Below, piece after piece: positions 37,544 through 49,748 of a stretch of 64,000 bases of DNA. Under the pieces are notes generated by a model. That model worked only from the letters and a program-made list of their open reading frames with translations, made no database searches and was not told the origin of the DNA. Within the stretch, counting starts at the first letter, position 1. Each line of letters begins with the position of its first letter. The position numbers were made by a program, and so were the translations under genes. Source of the stretch: Vitrella brassicaformis CCMP3155 (lineage: Eukaryota; Protista; Chromerida); assembly GCA_001179505.1 (NCBI GenBank), contig CDMY01000296.1, positions 67,349 through 131,348 on the forward strand. Direction: 5' to 3'.

Positions 37544-38615
37544 GCAACCAGACCAGGGGTGATCGGAATGTCTGTCTGTGGTGTCCGACGCTTTTTTCCG
37601 TGTATGTGATGTGTCGATCGACTGGACTGACTGTGTATGGTATGATGGATATAGACAGAGAGCTTCAGTCCATAAGTTTCCTGCCTGTCCTCCTCCTGGC
37701 CTGACGTGGCTGCACTAAGAGCTTTTTTCCATTACAGCTCCTCCCTCTTTTCGCGGGTCATGTGCATGTGCATGTGTGTGGGTCGATGGGATGGAGAGAT
37801 GCGTCAGTCAGTCAAAGTATGTATTCACGGATATGTATGCATCATGTCACTCATGTGCGGAAGTGTTTTGCGTCTGTCTCTGTCTGTCGGCTGCTGTCCT
37901 CCCTGCGATGGACCTGGACGAACAGAGAGAGCCTGACCCTTCATTCGTTCAGCCATGGCCAGGCGATGTGATGCTTGTGCAGGTGGAGGGAGACACGGCA
38001 CGCAGGACAGCTGGCCGAGTGTATTTGATATGTGTAGCTAGGTAGGTAGGGTGTGTATGTGTGTGTGTTCACCCAAATTAGTTTGGCCTGTCTGCACGCA
38101 CGTTTTTCTTGGCGTGCAGAAGTGTTTCTTGGTCGCCGTGTCGCGATTGAATGGATATATCTCTGGTCAATGGTCCTTCGTGCAAAGGGGTGAAAGAAGA
38201 GCGTGCTGTTCTCGGTTGTATAGGGTTCTGCTGTGCCAGCAATGGACACAGAGAGGATTGGAATGGACGTTCATGTGAACCAACGCACGAGTACCCACCG
38301 CCAGAGGGACAAAGATTCGACATTTGCAGCCGGCGAAATCAATGTGTAGCACATCTGAATGAGTGTCAGTCACCCACAGAAAAACGCATCTCTCGCTACA
38401 CGATCCACACATAGAGACATCACACACATGACATGCAGTGAGTGCATTGCAGTCCTTCATGCAAGCAACCAAGGCAGCGATCGCATCTCTCTCCCATCCG
38501 TCAGCCCACCCACCGCACCCCGTCGCTCACGCACCCACGAAGGCCCAACGGCAAAAAAATACGCGCAAAACTGAGCACTCTCTCTCGCCGAACGCACACG
38601 CGGTCAAGCTGCTGT

Positions 38616-40526
38616 CTACGCTGCAGCAGGCACGGCCTCCACCTTTTTCTGAACACACAGACACACACACACACACCAAGGGTGAAACGTCGCTTCCTCT
38701 CTAGTGCGTTCGTCCGGTACGTCCGTCCTCACCAGAAGTTCCTCGACGGTCTCGCCCTGGATCTTCTCGTACACCTCCCTGATCTTAAGGGCGCAGAGGG
38801 TCTGGAGGAATCCGGTGCCGTTGAGGCTACCGGGGGCGTCCTTGACCTTCTCCATCGCACTCACCACCTCGGCGCTGCTCTTCTCGCCCGCGTTGACCAG
38901 GAACTTCTCAATCGCTGCCAGAGAGGACACGTCGTCGTACTCGCCGTCCATCTCCAACACACGGGCAGGCTGCAGTGGATGGATTGCGATCAGTCAACAC
39001 ACACAGGGGCTGAGTGTGTGGCTGACTGAGTGTGTGGCTGGGCGGGTAGCTCACGTGTCCGAACCAATCTTCAGAGTACTGCTTGATCTTCAGACCTGCA
39101 CACGCACACACCACAGACCACAACACAAAACAGCACACAGGTCCATCCATCCATCCATCCCCTCTCCCTCTCTATGAGCCTGACCAATGGTGGATTGCGG
39201 CACAGATGTCTTGGAGGGTGCGAATCCGTCGACGTCAGCGCCGCTCTCGAACAGCTCGACGGGCGTGAAGTTCTCGACGCCCAGCCGCTGGATAAGCCGC
39301 ACCTTGAGGTACTTGCCCTTGGGGTCATCCACCAGGGAGCTCGGCAGCACCTGGATCACTATATCGGCCTCCTTCTTCTGGGGCTCAACGTAGGCGGCGA
39401 AATCGGGCTTCCGCGACTCGATCGACTGCCACGGGAGAGGGAGAGGGGGGGGGGTGTATGGGGTGGGGTGGTTGTGTGTGCCTCTCCACCGACTGACCTT
39501 TTGGATGGATTCGAGTGAGTGTCCTCTCTCCTCCATGTCACGCTGGATTTTCCAGGCGAACTTGACGTCGTCAGTGATGTCCAGATACACGCTGAAGTCT
39601 ACCAGATCCCTACACACACACGCGCATTGATTGCATTCACACGAACAGACGCAATCCATAATGCAGAGCCATCCCATCCATGTGGTAATTCAATTGTCCT
39701 GTTTGCAATTGTGCTGTGTTGCTTTGCAAACCGTCGCTTACTTGACTCGCGAGTCGTAGATGGGGTGGAGGCCCTCCACAATAAAGATGGGCGACGGCTC
39801 AATCGTCTCAGCGGGATCCAGCTCACCTGCACAGGCAGACAGAGATCCGTCTGTGCGCATCTGTCCGTGTGTGGCTATCTAGGTATCCATTCACACCCAC
39901 CCGTGATGTGGTTGTAGATGGGTTTCTCGACGGTGGTTCCCTCCTTGATGGCCTTGACCTGCTCGTACATGAGGTCGAAGTTGTTGGCCTTGGGGTCCAG
40001 CGCTGACAGGCCCGTCTCGGCCCTCCCCTTCCTGTCCAGCGAGTGGTAGTCGTCCAGACAGATAATGGTCGCAATGTCAGACACAAGCGTGTTGGTCTCG
40101 CGACCGATGGGCAGCAGACCGACGTTCTTGCCGCCAAAGATCTGCAGAGCCACACACGAGAGCGGATAATCCATGGTCAAAGATCTATCACTCTCGCCAC
40201 ACCTGAGTGACCCTCCTCATGAAGGTTGACTTGCCGCACCCCGAGTCAGCCGCCACACCGATCACCACCGGCTTCTCGCCAGGCGGCAGGGACATCCTCG
40301 GCCCATCATAGACGCCATACCCCGAACGCGGCGATGACTCACCCACAAGCGTCACGGGGTTGACGAACGAGTTATCGAGCCTCTTGCTGAGAGCATTGGC
40401 TGCCTTGGGAGGGGTCAGCACGGGTGCTGCGAATCCGGTGGATGGGCTCTGTTTGGATGAGCGGAGGGTGGCCGCGATGGCAGAGCACACACACAGGGAC
40501 AGCACCACGCACACCAGGCTCTTCAT
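38616..40526 (-). CDS. PRK: Plastid phosphoribulokinase (Calvin cycle)
   Basis: Signal plus transit peptide (MKSLVCVVLSLCVCSAIAA...GFAAP); VIGVAADSGCGKSTFMRR; IICLDDYHSLDR; EGLHPIYD; DVKFAWKIQRDMEERGHSLESI; RKPDFAAYVEPQK; APGSLNGTGFLQT. Confidence 0.97.
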
Positions 40527-41671
40527 TCTGCAGACAACGCGTGCGGCACAAGGGGAGATCGTTGCGAGCTTTTGATCACTGGTCCTGGCCAGCTTGCTTT
40601 GGCCATTTTTTAGGGAGTTCGGTCATGCCCTCACGGATTTATGTGGTCTGTAGTACGTACGTAGTCGTGCATGTATATGTATGTATGTAGGTAATGTGTA
40701 ATGCACTGCATGTACGTGTTGTTCGTCGGTCGTCGGTTTGCTCATCAGAATAGAACAGGCCATATGACAGAGGAGAGAGAGAGAAACAGCCGACAGACAG
40801 GCAGAGACAAACAGAGGATTAAATAAATAAAAGAGAGTTCGGTGCAACAAACACACACAACACACACAGAGAGCAAGAGAGCAAGAGAGCACGAGAGCAC
40901 GAGAGCAAGAGAGGCAGAGAAGAGGCTATGAATGAAAGCAGCGATAAATAGACAAACAAACAAGCAAGCAAACAAGCAGTCGAGCAGAGAGGCGGAGCGA
41001 GCAACTTGATTGAAGAGAGAATTATAGGCCTCATCACATCAGCCGGCCGATCGGATCAGACGACGGACGAGGGGATGGTCTTCCCACAATCCCACTCGCC
41101 TGCAGCTGACACTCGATCCAGCTCGACGTGCACACATTCGATCATACATATGAATCATCCATCAGTACTTACACACTTGTACTTGAATACTACATACTGC
41201 ATCTGTACGCAGGTGGGTATGTACGAACGGATGCGTGTGTGGCGTTAGTTATGGGACAGACAGACACCATACAGATAGATCACATGCATCGCATCGCATC
41301 CATAGACAGACAGACATCCACAGACAGACATCCACGGACAGACAGACAGACACCCTGTAGATCTTCCCGCCTCTTTCCCCCATCAATGAAGCCCTCTCGG
41401 CTTCCCTCCTCCCTGCCCTGTGTGTGCTCTCTTTCCTCCCCTGATCGATCAATCAAACAGCCAGTGAGTGTAAGTGTAAGTGTGGATACCGAGGAGGCGC
41501 GCGTCGCTTAGCGTGTGCGTGCAAGGCATGGCATGGGTCATAAGTGGGTAAGTGGGCGGGCGGCGAATTTTACAAAACTACAAAACACCGTGTGAAGTGT
41601 GGAGAGTGACGACATGCGAGTGAGTCAGTCGAACAAGCAATCAGAGAGCATGGATGATGCGATTAGATGCG

Positions 41672-41971
41672 NNNNNNNNNNNNNNNNNNNNNNNNNNNNN
41701 NNNNNNNNNNNNNNNNNNNNNNNNNNNNNNNNNNNNNNNNNNNNNNNNNNNNNNNNNNNNNNNNNNNNNNNNNNNNNNNNNNNNNNNNNNNNNNNNNNNN
41801 NNNNNNNNNNNNNNNNNNNNNNNNNNNNNNNNNNNNNNNNNNNNNNNNNNNNNNNNNNNNNNNNNNNNNNNNNNNNNNNNNNNNNNNNNNNNNNNNNNNN
41901 NNNNNNNNNNNNNNNNNNNNNNNNNNNNNNNNNNNNNNNNNNNNNNNNNNNNNNNNNNNNNNNNNNNNNNN
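41672..41971. other. Assembly gap (300 N), followed by a poly-C run
   Basis: N run seen directly. Confidence 1.
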
Positions 41972-43147
41972 CCCCCCCCGCCCCGCCTCGCCCCTCCCCC
42001 CCATGCAGGCAGCCCGCCCCTTCTGTCACTCAGTGACTGAAAACGCGCTCACCGCCCATTTCGCAGCCCCGTCGTGAATTGGTCGTGTGTTGCGTGCGAG
42101 TGTGCAAAAGTGATCACCTTGCTACTCCGACGGTGTGTAGCTGTGCAAAAGTGATCTGCCCTATTACATATACCCACCTACAAACCTTACCCGGAACACA
42201 CGTCGGATTGTGAAAGAGACTCTGTGTGTCAGGAGGCAGGAGCTAACCCGAAACAACACATGGACAGCGCCGTGATGTGATGTGTGTAGCTGGCCCCCGA
42301 GAGACATACATGAAGAACCATAGACACACGCAGATGAAAGCGGTGCGCACGCATGCATGCATGCATGTTAAATAACATGGACATGCAGGGAGGAAGAGGG
42401 AGGGAGGGAGGAGGGGATCGAGAAATCGAGAAAAGGAGAAGGATCGATTGAGAAAGCGGGAGAGCCCTAGCCCTCCGTTTCTCTCTCTTCGCTTCTCTTC
42501 TTTTGGTCGGTCGGTCTACATCGGTCGGTCCTAAATGGTTTCACTCACTGTCAATCACTGACTGACTTGCGATTCACCCACCCCCCCACTCAACACTCCC
42601 CCAGGCACCGCACCCTTACCCACCAACCAATCAACGGCAAGCAAGAAAGGCGCCGCGAGGCAGCTGCTGCCACACACATGACCTGTCTATCTTCTGTCCA
42701 TCCATCCAGGAGATCCATCCATCCATCCATCTCATGTCTTGGTCAAGACAGACAGGTGAGTGAGATGTACCGCTCAGTGCGGTACTTTCAAACACGGCAG
42801 CCAGCAAGGGAAGGCAGGTGACACGAACTCATTGCATCAATCAATGGCAGCCACTCGCACTCACATGATATAACAAACAACATCACACCACTAGCTGAGC
42901 AGAGAGGAGTTGCTCACCGACCCACCGGCCCACCGACCGATGTAAACTGCACGCCGCGCCTCATCCCTCCATCCCTCCCTCCCTGCAACATCTCGCGTAC
43001 ATCCAGCCATATAAACCAAATATACACTTCCCGCCACCCCATCCCCTCCAAGCCAACCATCGACTCATCCCTCGCCCAATCGTTCAAACCAGACAGGCGA
43101 AGTAAATGAAAACCACTCGTCCGTCATCTTCCCCCCCCCCCCCCCCC

Positions 43148-43447
43148 NNNNNNNNNNNNNNNNNNNNNNNNNNNNNNNNNNNNNNNNNNNNNNNNNNNNN
43201 NNNNNNNNNNNNNNNNNNNNNNNNNNNNNNNNNNNNNNNNNNNNNNNNNNNNNNNNNNNNNNNNNNNNNNNNNNNNNNNNNNNNNNNNNNNNNNNNNNNN
43301 NNNNNNNNNNNNNNNNNNNNNNNNNNNNNNNNNNNNNNNNNNNNNNNNNNNNNNNNNNNNNNNNNNNNNNNNNNNNNNNNNNNNNNNNNNNNNNNNNNNN
43401 NNNNNNNNNNNNNNNNNNNNNNNNNNNNNNNNNNNNNNNNNNNNNNN
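43148..43447. other. Assembly gap (300 N), flanked on both sides by poly-C
   Basis: N run seen directly. Confidence 1.
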
Positions 43448-45671
43448 CCCCCCCCCCCCCCCCAAACCCACATGCAGCCCCGCCGCCAGGAGGTGAGTCA
43501 GTGTGGTGGGTGGGCAGGGATATATGGGTGAGGTCGGGGAAGGGAAAAACGACTGCCAACACGAACCAATATAAAACATCAACTAGTCCATGCACGGGCA
43601 TCGCATCGGTCGATCGGCTGTGTCGTTGAAAGGCTGGCTGCGTGGGTCGGACGGACGGGACGGACAGGTGCGTGGGCGTGCCAGAGGCAGAAAGGCAAGT
43701 TAGGCAGGCAGGCAAGCTGACAGAGTCTCGAAGGGCCGCTCGCCGCACCGTGCTCGCACGCACATCACATGGCGGCAAAAAATGAAAAACGAGGAGGGGG
43801 GCTGCAATGAATGCTAACGAAAAAAAGGCAATTAAGGCAACAGAACAACCAGCAATTGTCGTGTCGAGCGAAAAGGGCCTGTGGGCTTGTGGCGGTGGAT
43901 CGTCGGCCGGCTTAAATCATCAGCGACACGCACACACACACGTATGAAATGCTATGCGTAGGAGCACCCTGTCAGTCAGGAAGTAATCATGTGTTTGTAC
44001 GCAAGTAAGACAACGGAAGGCCTGCACTCACCGAAGGTCAGGTCGGCCGCCAGGAGCTCAGGAGCCCTGTAATAACAACATAAGAAACACCAGGGTTTGT
44101 ATCACACCAACCTCAACCCAACCAGGCCAAAACAATTGCACAAATAAATAAACACGCAAGCAATGATATACGAGCAACAATCACGAGCGATAAAACACCG
44201 ACCGACCGACCGATCTTACAGGGCCCCACTCACGTCCTTCTCCGACAGACATTTACTTACTTCCCTCCCTCCCTACCTCTCTCTCTCATCTGTCTGTCCG
44301 AGCGTGTGCGTAGGTGCGTGTGAGCATTGTACGTATGAGCGTGAGTGAGTGCATCACATGGCATGAGTGAGCGTGAGTGTGGAGGGCGGAAAGAAATCAG
44401 TAATTGGCCATGTACGCACACAGGCAGGGAGGGAGACAGACGGCCACTTACGCGGACAGAGATGTGGATATATGTATGCATGTCATGTGTGGCTGATTCA
44501 TGTGTAAGCATGTACGTATGCATTCCATGTACGCATCCATACAGCCGCAGCCGCCAGTGTATGTCGATAAAGCAGGAATCCATCCATGTACACGAGCGCG
44601 CAGGAGCAACCAATCCAGCGATCGAGCCAGAGCGAGGGAGAAGAACACTTAGAGCAAGTATGCGATGAATGAAGCAGGCAGCCAAGCCGAGTCAAATCAC
44701 GCCGAAGAAGCCCCTCTCTGGCCCACCGTCTGTACAAAATAGTGGGGGGTCTCGGCCAACCCTTGGGAAGAAGTGACACACACACACACACAGATAGATG
44801 GCACATCATCACATCATCACATCTCATGGAGGAGCAAAACCAGCGTTTAGATATGGGAATACGTGTACGGGGTGGCAGTGCATGTGCGATCGGTACCTAC
44901 ATGTATGTGTACCGATGGATGCACCTTCACCTTCGTAGCACCAACTTGCCAATGAATGAATGAATGTATACAGACAGACAGATGTGTATGTATGGATGTA
45001 TGTATGTATGTAGGCAGACAGACAGACATGCAGACGTGCCTCCCTCCCTGCTTCCATCCATCGATCCTTCAGACACTTCACCAGACCGCAATGCATCACA
45101 TCACATTACACACACCACACCACGGGCTGCACCAATTCTGACCCGCTCGAGTTGCCCGTAGACACACATCCATGTACCTCCGTACGTACGCACCTGCGAT
45201 CCGTCCCCCCTTCATTTATCCCTTCATTCACTGATTCATCTCTGTCTGTCTGTCTCTCTTCCTGTCTGTCTGTCTTGATAGCCTCTTCGCAACTGACGGA
45301 GAAAATGGTACGAAATGCCCGTCACAGCAGGCAGCCGAACACCTCACTGACAGCTCCCTCCCTCCCGGCCCGTCCATCCATCCATCGATCCATCCGTATG
45401 CATACATCAAAACTGCATTGACAGTCAACCAAACACCGACCGCATCACTCGCACCACATCGCACCACACCACACCACACCGTCACCTGCCTGCCTTCAGC
45501 CATCGGTCACTGTCTCCATTACACACGCACCACCACACCATCAGCACATCACACCATACATCGTCACATACACGCTCAAGCAAGTCCAGACAGACACCAT
45601 TCATTGCGATCCACAAGGCAGACACCCAAACCAGCATGTGCCCCCTCCCCACTGTCGTGGGTGGGCCTCAT

Positions 45672-48600
45672 TCACCGACTCCCGCCTCCCGATAGGGCGT
45701 CCAGGCGTTCCAGCGGCTGCAGGCCGGTGTAGCACTGGCCTTCAATGACCCACGAGGGAATGCCGCACGACGGCGCGCACTCGTTGGTCAGTGTGGGGTC
45801 GTTGACGCACTCGACATAGTCGATCTTGTCAGCTGCATCACCGAACATGGCCTTTTGCTGCGCGCAATAGGGACACCAGTTCATGCCGTACATCACAGCT
45901 CCTGCCATGCCATGCCACACCAACACAGACACATACACACAGTGTTGTTGATTGCGCCATGCCCAACGGGCACTCCCCCCTTGCCCGCCCATTCAGCTCA
46001 CCGACGCTGTCGAGCTGCTCAGCCACCCTGGTTCCCATGTCCTCACCACCATCACCATCACCATCAGCATCAGCATCGTCGGGAGGTGGGGTGGTGCCAT
46101 CCGCCACCTGCAGCCACCTCCTCGCCCCACGCATGTTCCCGATTTTCACATCGACACCAACAGTGGGCGCACTGCTCAGCTGCCGAGTGGATGCGATAGC
46201 CTCTAGTCGCTCCAATGGCTGCAGGCCGGTGTAGCACTGGCCTTTGATTGTCCATGACGGGATGCCACACGCAGGCGCGCACTCGTTGGTCAGTGTGGGG
46301 TCGTTGACGCACTCGACGTAGGTGATCTGGTCGACGGCATCACCGAACATGGCCTTCTGCTGCGCGCAGTAAGGGCACCAGTTCATGCCGTACATCACAG
46401 CACCTACAGGAAGTAAGACGACAACAGACAAATGAAAAGCGCCACGTCAGCCAGCCAGCGGTGTCTCTTATGCCGCGTACGTACCAGCGTCCTTGAGTTT
46501 CTCTGCCACTGCTGTGGCATTCGGCGCCCCCTGCAGCTGTCTTGTTCTCATCCGTGTGGTGTTGTCCATGTACTCGTGGTCAAAGTTGCTCCACTTGGCC
46601 AGTGTCTCGAGTGACTGCACGCCCGTCATCGAGTCGACCGTGTTGTTGACCGTCCGGTTGGAGGCGTCATTGAAACGGAACCATGAGGGCGTCTCCTTTA
46701 TCTGCAAACACACAGATGAATGAAACCAGATGGTGTGCGTGGGTGGGGTGGGGGAGAGGTCAATCAAAGCGGGCTGCTGACTGACCTCCATGACTTCGCA
46801 TTCCTTGGGGGCTGCCTCGCACTCGACGTAGATCTGGTGCTTCCTGAGCTTGTCGAAGGCCTCGCCGAACTCGGTCTTCTGTTTCTTGCAGTAGATGCAG
46901 AAACGAGACCCGTACACAACCACATCTGTATGAGACCCCACACACCACACGAGACAGACCACCCAATACAATACAATGCATAACCACTTTCCTTCCCCGC
47001 CACCATTCCATATATTACGTACGTACCATTTTCCTTCATGTGATCAGCAAGGCCGTGTGCGAAGGCCTGGCGGGCCGCATCGAGAGTGCTCCACTGGAAG
47101 CCTGTCGCCTCAGCGACGCTCTCCGGGTCGAGCAGGTCGAAGTGCATGGCGCCGTCGATGCTCCAGACGGGCAGGACGGGTGGCAGGTTGGCGGCCTCGC
47201 ACTCCCTGGGGGTGACCTCGCAGTCGACGAAGGCGATGGCCTCGAAGGACTCACCGAAGGACTCCTTAATGCTGTCGACCTTCGGATCGCTGCCCTGGCC
47301 GTACAGCTTCGCACCTGTGTGGGTTTCAATCAACGTGTGTGTAAGTCAGTACACAGGGGGCAGATGCTCTGCTCGTGTCTGGTCTGTTGACTGACTGACC
47401 TTTCTCCTTGAGGTGGGCAACGAGCTCTGCAGTGGGCTGCTGGTCGGTCTGCTGCGGGCTGACCGCCCCAGCGCCAGACACCATCACGCCCGCCAGGCCG
47501 TCCTCATCCACTCCTTTGGTCTGCTGGTGCGGGCGGAGCTCATTTCCCTGCAGCAGCGTCACGAGCTGCTCGAGTGTGAGGATGCCCTCGTAGTGCTGCC
47601 CGTCGATGACCCATGTGGGGTAGGAGGCGATGTTCTTGTCGAGGCACTTCTGCGGCTGGGCGTCGGGGCCGCTGCGGGCGCACTCGACGTAGTTGGGCTT
47701 GACGGACTCCCACTCCTGGCCGAAGAGCTTCTTCTGCTTCCGGCAAGCTGAGCACAGCCATGATCCGTAGATGTTCGCATCTGCGTGGCGTGAAACGACA
47801 CACAGCCAGAAGTGATTGATAGATACATGGATGGATGTAGTCAGTCAGTGAGTGCTGTGGTTGGAATGTGAGGGTGTGTAGTGAGTGCTGTGGAGTGGTG
47901 CAGTGGCCCACCAGGAACCCCACCCACCTTTGTCCTTGATGAGTTGTGCCGCCATTTTGGCCTGCTTGCGCTCCGAGTCTTCGGTGAGTGTGAAGGACTT
48001 GCCGCCAGCTGTGGAGAAGTAGTCGGCAAAGGTGATGTTCTGCGCGGCGAAGTCACTCACTGTGGTCACACCTACACACACACAAAACCCAACAGATGAT
48101 ATGTGGGAGGCCTCTGTCTGCTCGATGTCCTCGTGTTGTGTAGTGTCGGCTCGCTTGGCAACTCACCGAGTACAGTGGTTCTGAATTGGACCCAAGCGAA
48201 GAGGGCCATGACACCTGCCATGGTGGTACATGTCAGGACAGCCATCTTGGTCGGTGTGACGACTCGGGTGGTGGTTGCGATGACGAAGAGGATGAAGCAC
48301 ACGCACGCACTGATGATGCAGTAGGGACAAAACTCCTGGATGTAGTAGCCCATCAAGATCATCAAGTAACAGCTGCATGCACCAAACCACCACAACAGCC
48401 ACACCACACCACACCACACCCGTCAGTCAACACACAGACAGACACACATGGAGCTTCCGATCGCCTCCCTCCTCCCCGCGGCCGCCCCGCCCACCTGAAT
48501 GTGGCCATGGCGGCGACGCAAGCCAGGATGAGCACCCGATTGACCCGCTCCCACTTGCCCCTCCCGCCATCGCTCAGGCACTCGCACACACCGTCGCAGC

Positions 48601-49579
48601 CCTCAGTGCTCGAGCTGTCCCACTGCTTGATGGGCTGCACCGACGAGGACTTGGCCAGACTCAGTGCGCGCCGCTTGCGCGCCACCATCCTGACCATCCG
48701 CGTCATCAGAGGCACCAGAGTGAGGCACGCCAGAGCCACGTAGGCCAGCAGCCCGAAGGCAGCCACGGGGAAGCCCAGGAACTCAGAAAACGGACCTGAT
48801 GGACATTGATAGTAGATTGACAGACATGTCATGTACACACCTGCTTGACCAGCAGGGTGTGACGTTCATTAATCACTCTCTCTCATACGCTCGCTCATCT
48901 ATATATATGGCCCCTGACTGACTGCCTGACGTCTTGACGTACCATCGAGGACAGCGCTGCATCCGCCGGTTGCGCAGCCTCCCTTGTTCTTCTCACTCGA
49001 GAAGTGGCGCGCCGTTAAATAGAGAGACTCGCCCACACCCCCCAGCGCAATCACGCCCATGACCACACGCACGCTCCAGTGCCACCCACCCCAGGCGATG
49101 CCTGCTGCTGCTGCCAGTTCTGCCCTTGCTGCAGCAGTGGGCCGCTGCTTGCCTTGATGATGATGTTTGTGCTGGTGGTGCTGGCCAGGCTGAGTGGTTT
49201 TCTTCACTCCCTTGGGCATCCGCCGACTGCCGGGCAGCTGATACGGCCCCTCTGGAGGCCAGTGCTCGTCCGTGTTGGCCTCACTGCAGACCTTGGGGGT
49301 GACAGAGTAGACTGTAGGGGTGCTGCTTTCAGGGGCGGCCATGGCCTCCTCGACCAGCCCGGAAAGGGCCTCGCTCCGGGGGCTGTCGACCAGGTGGTCA
49401 ACGGTCTGCTGGATCCGCCGCTCGTTCTGCCTGTTGGTGTCTTGGGGGTTGAAGATGGCGTCAGCAAAGCTGGCCTGGTCGTCTGAGTCGAGCATAATGC
49501 CGGCGACGTCCGTCATGCTGGGAGTTTGGGTGAGGTGCGACGAGGGCGTCTGGATCTGCTGGATCTGCTGATCTTCCAT
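45672..49579 (-). CDS. Vitamin K epoxide reductase (VKOR/LTO1-like) fused to five tandem thioredoxin/glutaredoxin-like domains
   Basis: VKOR: TM1 VVMGVIALGGVGESLYLT, loop CATGGCSAVLDGPFSEFLGFPVAAFGLLAY, CxxC FCPYCIISA, TM5. Trx domains: IYGSWLCSACRKQK; LYGQGSDPKV (no Cys); VYGSRFCIYCKKQK; MYGMNWCPYCAQQK twice. Each has YVEC (FVDC in domain 2) and a P-S/T/V-W motif. All five domain-module lengths check in frame. Confidence 0.92.
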
Positions 49580-49748
49580 TCTCAGTAATGCTGATGGTAT
49601 CGTACTCCACCGCCTATCCGTATCTCCTTTGAGCACTAGAGAAATAGCCGTTAAGGTGGTCTAAGCTCGCAAGATCTGAGCTGAGCTCGCTGACGGCACC
49701 TCAACGTCTCCACTGTCTGGTGCAGCAGAGAGACCTGCTGGTCACGAT

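Noticed and set aside
11419-49579. Pseudo-GPx plus VKOR-Trx5 as a co-located ER redox cluster
   Set aside because: They are more than 33 kb apart with many unrelated genes between. Proximity in a eukaryotic genome gives no support.
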